Of a DNA stretch of 64,000 bases, positions 53,893 through 64,000 are shown one piece after another. This stretch comes from Octopus vulgaris (lineage: Eukaryota), in contig OX597816.1 of assembly GCA_951406725.2 (NCBI GenBank), forward strand, positions 59,582,001 through 59,646,000, in the 5' to 3' direction. A program made the position numbers and the translations under genes. The notes below the pieces were generated by a model. It was not told where the DNA came from. It did no database searches and saw only the letters and a list, made by a program, of their open reading frames with translations. Position 1 is the stretch's first letter. Each line of letters begins with the position of its first letter.

Positions 53893-54777
53893 ACTAGTTC
53901 TGTAGCATGCCAACAGATGACAGCACACAGTTGTGTGAGCAGTAAGAGCTAGCAGTGACCTTGATGAGGAAGTGTGCCAAGTGGAATTGGTCTGTTTACT
54001 TTGCAAGTTGTGAAATTTGTGTCTTTGTAATCATGTGTCTGCTGTAGTCTGCAATTTTGTCATGGACAGCAACAAAGAGCCGACGTAAGATTTAGTGTTA
54101 AACTTGAGAAGTCTGCTACAGAGACATTGAGTATGCTTCAGCAAGCTTACGGCGACGAGGCAATGGGTCGCATGCAATGCTTTGAGTGGGATGGGTGATT
54201 CAAAAGCAGAAGAACATCCGTGGAAGATGATGAGCGATCTGGAAGAGCTGGCACAAATGTCTCTCCTAGATATGTGGTATTGTGTATCAAGAATTTGTTT
54301 CCCAAGGCCAGATTGTCAGTTGAGAGTTCTACTGCAACATTTTGAAGCGTTTGAGTGTTGGGAGGTCATTCGGTGAAAGCAACCAGATCTGTGGAGCACA
54401 AAGAACTAGATTCTTCATGATGGCAATGCACTGTCACCGAGATTGTTTCACTCATGAGTTTCTTACCAAAAACAACATGGTGTCGCATCTGCCTCCACCC
54501 TATTCACAAGATTTACCACCTGCGGGTTTCCATCTCTTCTTGAAGATGAAAATGCAGCTCAAAGGTCACTGCTGTTGAGATCCAGAGCAAATTGCAGAAG
54601 GTCTTTAACTCACAGAAAATGATTTCCAGGCCAGATTCCAAAAGTGGCAGGAATGCTGAGATTGGTGTACTGCTACACAAGGTGACTATTTCAAAGGAGA
54701 TGATGTTAAAACTCAGTTACATAAGTTATTTTGTTTATTCAACACAATTAGTCCTGGAACTTTTTGATACCACCTCA
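53893..54777 (+). mobile_element. Mariner transposon remnant (internally deleted transposase pseudogene)
   Basis: QQRADVRFSVKLEKSATETLSMLQQAYGDEAMGRMQCFEW...VEDDERSGR...HLPPPYSQDLPPAGFHLFLKMKMQLKG (HTH and YSPDLAP motifs). Right end GTCCTGGAACTTTTTGATACCACCTCA|TA. Confidence 0.85.
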
Positions 54778-54846
54778 TACATATATTCATACATTAATAC
54801 ATACACTCATACGTATGTTGGACGTATCCTATATATCTCTCTTCTA

Positions 54847-55076
54847 AGGCGGCGAGCTGGCAGACACGTTAGCGCGCTGGGTGAAATGCTTAGCGGTATT
54901 TCGTCTGTCGTTACGTTCTGAGTTCAAATTCCGCCGAGGTCAACTTTGCCTTTCATCCTTTCGGGGTCAATAAATAAAGTACCAGTTTCGCACTGGGGGC
55001 GATATAATCGACTCAATCCCTTCGTCTGTCCTTGTTTGTCCCCTCTATGTTTAGCCCCTTGTGAGCAGTAAAGAAA
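54847..55076 (+). mobile_element. SINE family B (young copy, CpG intact)
   Basis: GGCGGCGAGCTGGCAGACACGTTAGCG...GAGTTCAAATTCCGCCGAGGTCAACTTTGCCTTTCATCCTTTCGGGGTC. Other copies (approximate): 207-390, 5450-5680, 20597-20780(-), 20787-20998(-), 32560-32757(-), 36872-37065, 59230-59410(-), 59435-59645. Confidence 0.85.
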
Positions 55077-56879
55077 TATATAAATCTCTCTTCTATCTTT
55101 TCTCTCATCAAAGAAACTATTTCTCTAGCGTTTGCTATTTTACTCTCATTCTGGTCTAACAACCCTCCATGTTTGTTTTTGTTCGGTTTCCTTGTATGTC
55201 TCCTCTGTCCTGTTTTTTTCCCAACTTTGACCCTCCATAAATCCCAAATTTTATTTTGGTACTTATGGGAGCAGCTGTCTTTGAGGACTCATATTGTCAT
55301 TCAATACTCGAAATGAGGATTAGATAGACAGCCAACAACTTATGAAGAGTCGTTCTTTATGTTACTTGCCCTGTTTTCCATTTGTTTCTCTCGTTGTTTG
55401 CGTATTGAACTCATTTGTTTTTGTATTTCATGTTGTTTACTGCTGGTGACATCCTGTACCCATATATGCATATATATATATACACACATACATTTTGCCT
55501 GCATTTGAAGACATTATCATTGTTTAACATCTGTATTCCATGCTGCCATGAGCTGCCCAGTTCAACAGGATCTGACAAACCAGAGGACTGCATTGACGTC
55601 CAGTACCTGCTTCTCCACAAATTCTACAGTCGGATGCACTTGCTAAAGCCAAATACTTAACAGAGTGTAATGGTTGCTTTTTACGTGGCACCAGCAGCAG
55701 TGAGGTCACTGAGTAACTTGCTGGACAAGACCCCTTAGCTGAGGTGGGGGTGCAATAACGTGAGAGGTGACTTTGTGCCAGGTGTTGAGAGGGACAAGAA
55801 CAGGTGTCTTGCAGCAGAGGAGATACATGGCTACCCCAGGAAAAAGGGACAATTTTGAAGACAAGATGTTACGAGATGAACCGAGGGAACGGGGGTGGGA
55901 GAGAGAAGATTAAGGAGAGTTGGTAGGTGAGTGGTTAAGTTCACATGTGTGAAAGGAGAATGACAGATGGTTAAAGATAGGGAAGAGGTGAATGAAGAGA
56001 ATGCTGAACATGGGTGGAGGCATGGGCAATGGTGAATATTAGTTTGTTTTTAGTGGGGGTAGGTGAAGGACATGAATGGGTCCGGAGGGAGGAGGAGGAG
56101 GAGAAGGTGAGAGTGCATAAAGGGAGGAGGTGGAGAGGAGTAGCATAATAAAACTGTAGATAGATAAGAAATAGGGAGGTGGCACAGTATCTTCTACTAT
56201 AACCTCAGGCTGACCAAAATCTTGTGAGTGGATCTGGTAGATGGAAACTGAAAGAAGCCTTTCGTGTGTATGTGTGTGGGTGTTTTTGTGTCTTTGCTTG
56301 TCCTCCGCCACTGCTTGACAAAAGGTGTTGGTTGTGTTTACACCCTCATAACTTAGCAGTTTGGCAAAAGAAACTGACAGAATAAAGTACCAGGCTTAAA
56401 AGGAAACACCAGAGGTCGATTCATTCGATCAAAAATTCTTCTTCAGGGCAGTGCCCCAGCATGGCCACAGTTTAAGGACTGAAACAAGTGAAAGATAAAA
56501 GTTAAGATGATGTGAACTGCAGGGCTGTAGGGTGGGGGAGGGAAGATGCACGATGGCAGAACAAGGTCAAAGGAGAGTAACGGGGTGGGGGTGGGGCATT
56601 GATGGCAGACATGAAAGGGTGTGTAGGGAAAAGGGGGCATTCAGTGGAGAACTAAAGTTTTAAGGGCCGATATTGAGAATGCAGGATGGGTGCCGAATGG
56701 TTCCAGGGGAGAAATAACTGGTAACAATACACAAGGAAGATGAAATAAGTAGAGTTTTGCATTTATACAATTCTAGCTGTAGAAGGGTGAAGAAGGGAAG
56801 GGTCGTAGGGAAGGCTTGACAGGTAGAGATTGGGTGAGATGGGGGTACAGCTATAAATATTTTTTTAGGGCCTGCTTTT

Positions 56880-57050
56880 TTTTTTTTTTGCTGAAATGGA
56901 TGGATCTTCTCAAACACAGTGAATTGCCAGCATCTCGGTCCTTCGTGATCTCCTCGGTGAAGCTTAACAACCTGAGGTCGGTTTTCATTACTTTGTCCCA
57001 CATCTTCCTGGGTCTCCTTCTTTCACAAGTTCTATCCACAATTAGGAAAC
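56880..57050 (-). mobile_element. RTE LINE extreme 3' end
   Basis: LIVDRTCERRRPRKMWDKVMKTDLRLLSFTEEITKDRD, the RTE GRPRKTW...DL...DR pattern, followed by an A-rich tail. Confidence 0.7.
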
Positions 57051-57392
57051 AGTAACTGGCACTCTGTCGGTTGCGACGATGATGGTTCCGGTTGATCCGA
57101 TCAGCGGAACAGCCTGCTCGTAAAATTAACGTCCAAGTGGCTGAGAGCTCCACAGATATGCGTCGTTGTCAAGGAGATTCAGTATGACACAGAATATGAC
57201 ATGGCTGGCTCTCTGAATTACAGGTACAACTCATTTTGACCAGCTGAGTGGACTGGAACAACATGCAATAAAGTGTCTTGCTAAAAGACACAACACATCG
57301 CCAGGAATCGAACTTCCCGATCTTACGACCGTGAGCTGAATACCCTAACCAGTAAGCCACGCGTCTAGAGAACAGTACTTCTTTAATGTATA

Positions 57393-58182
57393 CAGGGTGG
57401 CCCCAAAGTAGGTTTACAGTTATACAACAATCTCTTTAGCATTCACATATTAACAGTTTAAGTCTTAATTATAAAAAATATGAAACCATTATTCTATGCT
57501 AATTTAGTTCATTTTGTCAAGCTCTCTTTTCAGTTCATAAGATAGAAATTTTAATGTAATAAAATGTTTTAAAAGAAATTTAAAGTGCCTACATGATAAC
57601 TGAAAACCTACTTTTAGGCCACACAGAAATTTTAATGTAATAAAATGTTTTAAAAGAAATTTAAGATGCCTACATGATAACTGTAAACCTACTTTTGGGC
57701 CACACAGAAATTTTAATGTAATAAAATGTTTTAAAAGAAATTTAAAGTGCCTACATGATAACTGAAAACCTATTTTTAGGCCACACAGAAATTTTAATGT
57801 AATAAAATGTTTTAAAAGAAATTTAAAGTGCCTACATGATAACTGAAAACCTACTTTTGGGCCACACAGAAATTTTAATGTAATAAAATGTTTTAAAAGA
57901 AATTTAAAGTGCCTACATGATAACTGAAAACCTATTTTTAGGCCACACAGAAATTTTAATGTAATAAAATGTTTTAAAAGAAATTTAAAGTGCCTACATG
58001 ATAACTGAAAACCTACTTTTGGGCCACACAGAAATTTTAATGTAATAAAATGTTTTAAAAGAAATTTAAAGTGCCTACATGATAACTGTAAACCTACACA
58101 GAAATTTTAATGTAATAAAATGTTTTAAAAGAAATTTAAAGTGCCTACATGATAACGGTAAACCTACTTTTGGGCCACCCTG
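57393..58182. mobile_element. Tc1/mariner-type MITE containing an 81-bp tandem array of its own right end
   Basis: TA|CAGGGTGGCCCCAAAGTAGGTTTACAGTTAT...ATAACGGTAAACCTACTTTTGGGCCACCCTG|TA. Array units start at 57544, 57625, 57706, 57787, 57868, 57949, 58030 and 58100. Confidence 0.88.
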
Positions 58183-58291
58183 TATGTAAACATATTTTGG
58201 ATGCATTTGAAGTGTATGTAAATATATATTTGTTTTGTTTCAAATGTGTCTGTTCAGGTTACAGTTGAAAGCTTTAGTTGGTTTCACTTAC

Positions 58292-58490
58292 TCAAAATGC
58301 CGTTTCAGTTTTTCATTTCTTAATGACAAAACTCTAATTACGAACGCGTACGCTACAAACAATATAACAGAAACATGATATATATACACACGTTCAATAC
58401 AAACACTATATTTATCGACAACAAATTCACACATTATATATTTATAAATTGCAAATGTAAACATTATATATTTATATACACACGGCAATT
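58292..58490 (-). promoter_or_regulatory. Candidate non-coding first exon / promoter-proximal region of the ankyrin gene
   Basis: Strong donor CATTTTGA|GTAAGTG at 58292/58291 in unique sequence with local CpG enrichment. The 5' boundary is unknown. Confidence 0.4.
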
Positions 58491-58750
58491 GTAAATGCCA
58501 TTCAGTCTAATTAATTTCTGAGTGAAAAAAAATTCATATTAATTGTAAATTACTTTATAAAAATTGATAGTAGGGAGGAGAGATGATTCTGACTCTCTGA
58601 TGTCCAAAACATTTGGAAAAAAAAAAAACATTATAAAAAAGGAGTAAATTTCAGAAAATATTAGAAGGAAGAGTCGGCTTTCTTTCGGAGATGGTATCAC
58701 CAACTTGAAAATGGAAACTGGCAATATGCCCACGGGCGAATTGAACAGTG

Positions 58751-58784
<34 letters not shown>

Positions 58785-58847
58785 CAGACAGAATGAGATA
58801 ACAAACCCAAGGCTGTGAGGAGTTTTCAGGACATTTATAATGAAATA

Positions 58848-58896
58848 GTCTTACAGCTGTTTCTGGGATATTATGGATATCCCCTTCATCAGAGAC
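58848..58896 (-). ncRNA. Minimal type I hammerhead ribozyme (Penelope-type)
   Basis: GTCT-CTGATGA-AG-GGGATAT-CCATA-ATATCCC-A-GAAA-C-AGCT-GT-A-AGAC. Full catalytic core, 4-bp stem I, 7-bp stem II, palindromic stem III (ACAGCTGT) and a GUA cleavage triplet. Confidence 0.78.
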
Positions 58897-60139
58897 GGCA
58901 TGAAAATATTTGAGTTTGAATTATATATACCAGCAAAATATGAAGAATCAACATAAGAAATCTTTTTTGGAAACTTCCAAATTAAAGGACGAATCTACAT
59001 TCAACCCTTTTACACCTATATGTGTGTGTGTGTCATTTTTGTATTTAGTTTGCAAGATTCTTTATGGGAATTCGTGTGTTGAAGCATATTTTATTGTCAG
59101 GGGAAAGTCATTCTCTTTTAGTGCTTTATTTAACACACTCACCGATTCGATTTCCACTCATTTACACACACACATAAATACACATTGTAAAAAGTTGTAA
59201 AACTTTAAAAATTAGATTAACCAAGTTTGCACAAGGCTAGCAAAATTTGATGTGAGGGGCTTTAGTTGATACCACTGACGCCGGTACTTGACAGATACTT
59301 TATTTCATCGACTCCGAAGGAACAACAAGCAAAGCTGGCCTCGTCGGGATTCGAACACAGGAAATAAAGAGTCGGATTAAATACCGCAGGGACATTTTTT
59401 CCGACGTTACATTTAACATATATATAAAGAGAAAAGGCAACGAGCTAACAGAATCTCGAGTGTCGAAAAAAATGCCTTGCGGTATTTGTTCCGACTCATT
59501 ACGTTCTGAGTTCAAGTTCTGCCGACGTCAACTTCGCCTTTCATTCTTCGGGGGCTGATAAAGTAAGTACTAGTCATGTAATGAGGTTGATGGCATTGAC
59601 TAACTCCTGCCCACAAAATGTTTGGCCTTGTGCTTAAATTAGATACGATATGCACATGGAGAAGAAATTAAAATTTTAGAAACAGACAACGATCTGATAA
59701 TGGTAGGCATTCTCATATGACTGAATGACTAAGTATGTAGGTGAAGGAAAAGAATTACAAATATTTGTCACCTTCTTAAGAAAAATAATTCCCCACGAGA
59801 TATTTCTTTGAGTTAAGTAACTTATTTTACTGCTATATCATCACAGGAAAGTTGTACCAAATATCTTGTTCGTCATTAAAATTATGCTTATTTTGAGAGA
59901 GAGAGCAAAACATGCGCATTGAAGCAACATTCATATCAAGATTTGTTATGGAAATAAAATACTTGCGTTGAATTCTGTTAATTCTTATCTTCTTTCTCTT
60001 GGGAAAGATGTAGAAAATATAATTCTTAGAGAAAACATTAAAAATAAAGAACCCAGACATACACAAATATATTTACATCACTTTCTCACATTTCGGTGGA
60101 AGCCTAGTTTAAAAGTGAAAGTTATATTTTTTATTTCTA

Positions 60140-61541
<1,402 letters not shown>

Positions 61542-61599
61542 TTAACAGTGAACTTGTTTTCACTCCGATTAAACTGGGGTTTTGTTACGGTTTAGTCAA

Positions 61600-62420
61600 A
61601 AGAACAGGGGCTGTGTTTGCGACCTCAGCAGACCCTTCAAGACAGGTAAGACATAGATGTGGTTGGTTTTCATTCCAACCAACTGCAGGAAAAAAGAAAT
61701 GCGAGTGCTAGGGAGCGGAATTCCAGAGATCCGAGTCTCTGGGAACGAAGGCTGTGACACAGAGATCAGTGCGGTGTCATTGAGGGCACGATATGGAGTA
61801 ACGAGAGAAACAAATGAATCTAGTAAGCTCTGGTGAGGATGGCATACAAGTGGTTAACTTCGAGAAGAGGATACTGTGATAATGATAGAAAGAGGGGGGA
61901 AGAAGAGACAAAACAGCGTATCAACAAGCAAAAAGGTTAGTGTGTGACAACATATCAGTTAGGTGGCTTTCCTGGAAAATGTGGCCTGACATGTTGAGTG
62001 TAGCAGTAGCACCGTCCTAGGTATGACAGCATTATTCCATTATAATAATAATAATAATAAACATTGTGTACAGTGCTCAGGTGCACCACAACTCATCTAA
62101 AGTGCATATATAATCAGGTGTAGTTTCGGCGGATTTCGGAAAGCATGAGGGCCTTAAAGGATGCAGTGTCATGGCAGTCAACAACTGACGCAGGCAGTTT
62201 ATTCCATGCTTCAGCAACTCTGAGCGTGATAAATACAAAAAAAAAACAAAAAAAATTATGGGTCTGACTTTGAGCTTTCAAGTGTCAGTAAAATGTTTGG
62301 ATCTGAAGAATTTTCTGGACATAAAGAAGTAAGGCTAGTCTTATGGATACACTTTTGTTATGCTATGAATATCAAGACTAGTATTTATAAGGGTTTTTGA
62401 AATTTTAGATGCAGGTTGTT
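61600..62420 (-). mobile_element. Decayed CR1-group (Crack/Daphne-like) LINE 3' region, interrupted by a CR1 tail
   Basis: Minus strand AFVPRDSDLWNS resembles the SF.PRT..LWNSLP motif. The sequence continues beyond the 62042-62229 insert. Confidence 0.5.
62042..62229 (-). mobile_element. CR1 LINE 3' end with (ATT)n tail
   Basis: TLRVAEAWNKLPASVVDCHDTASFKALML, matching the CR1 C-terminal RV...WN.LP..VV.....FK motif, followed by a short UTR and (TTA)n. Confidence 0.8.
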
Positions 62421-62464
62421 CCTGATTCCCGGGGTGAGAAATCGAATTTATAATATATATATAT

Positions 62465-62551
<87 letters not shown>

Positions 62552-62705
62552 CCACCACCATCCGAGGGAACATAAAACGAGATAGATTGACAATGCAATT
62601 AATCTAACTGATTATTTAGAATGACAATTAGCAGGAAGTGAGGATATAACAAATACCGGTGATGATGTTGCCGAGTCAAAGACAAACTGATCTTTTTTTT
62701 TTTAA

Positions 62706-62909
<204 letters not shown>

Positions 62910-64000
62910 CAGTCATATATATATATATATATATATATAAGGAGTGGAGAGAGCAAAGAACGAGACAGACAAACAGAGAGAAAGAGACAGATACATAGAT
63001 AGAAGAGAGATAGTGAGAGTGAAAGTGGAGTAAAAGGAAGAGGTAAAATGAAAGTGGCAGTATGAGGAAGATGTAGAATAAATAAACAGTGATAATGATG
63101 ATGATGTTAAAATAATGATAATAATAAAAGCCTAATTTACAAACAAACGAAGAAAGCCGAGCAAGAATCAAACATGGTAGAAAATAGAACAACCTGAAAA
63201 TAACTTTGAGCCAAGTGAGGAGGCTTCAGTGACAGAGAGATGGAGCGATAACATTTATTAATCATTTCTTTCGACTTAGGCAGAAAGCCAATTTGTAGCA
63301 GTGGAACGTGTACAATCGGTCAATTGTTGTGCTTTTATCCCTCGGGGTTTCGATAAAATAAGTACCAGTTAAATACTTCGGGGTCAATTTACACGGTTGC
63401 ACATCTCTTTTGTGGTATAAAAAAAACCCCCACTATTATGGCTATTTACTGGATTTGAACTTCTGTCCAAGTAGACCTCTGTGCTGTAACGGCCTTAGCT
63501 AGTCATCCATTCTATCATGTGTGTGTGTGTGTGTGTTATATTTTACTCGAGTCAGTCACTAGGTTATGACCATGCTGGAGCACCATCTACAAGAACTTTA
63601 GTCGAATCGAACCCCAAGTACTTCTTTTTCTTTTAAGCCTGGTCTGGTATTTTGCTTGTTGGCCTTTTTTGCCGAACCGATAAGTTACTTATACGATAGG
63701 CTTCTTTCAGTTTCCGTCTACCAAATCCACTCACAAAGCTTTGGTTACACCGAAGCTTTAGTAGAAGGCATTTGCCCAAGGTGCCACGCAATGGGATTGA
63801 ACTCGGAATCATGTGGTTGGGAAGCAAGCTTCTTACCACACAGCCACGTCTATGTATATATGTGTATGTGTTTAATTCTTCATTAGGAACGACACCAGGA
63901 TTTTTTTTTTTTTGTGTGTGTGTTTTTTAGGAAGCATGAGATGGTGGTGATGATAGTATTTTGTAGGCTGAACTGACCCACGTATATTACGAATATTTAT

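Noticed and set aside
57544-58180. Regular repeat array resembling CRISPR
   Set aside because: Units are contiguous with no unique spacers, there are no cas genes, and the array lies within MITE TIRs in eukaryotic DNA.

Overview
AT-rich eukaryotic genomic DNA, dense in repeats and microsatellites. The SINE families, RTE tails and (TA)n/(CA)n load look like an octopod cephalopod genome (inference). One protein-coding gene is supported: a minus-strand, multi-exon ankyrin-repeat gene. It has four phase-compatible coding exons (22085-21841, 17958-17536, 11272-11194, 7089-6958; about 289 aa) and probably continues past the left edge. A candidate non-coding first exon lies near 58.3-58.5 kb, so most of the window is probably intron. 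Nearly all other listed ORFs are microsatellite or repeat artefacts. The introns hold at least four SINE-like families, RTE and CR1-group LINE fragments, mariner/Tc1 remnants, hAT, piggyBac and Tc1-type MITEs, and Helentron-like elements. The most interesting signal is a set of Penelope-like remnants and foldbacks, mostly inserted at (TA)n tracts, that carry minimal hammerhead ribozyme motifs. These include one intact-looking type I hammerhead (58848-58896, minus), several decayed ones, and a GIY-YIG-bearing Penelope fragment with inverted pLTRs (24440-25600). All calls were made by eye; no searches or folding programs were run.
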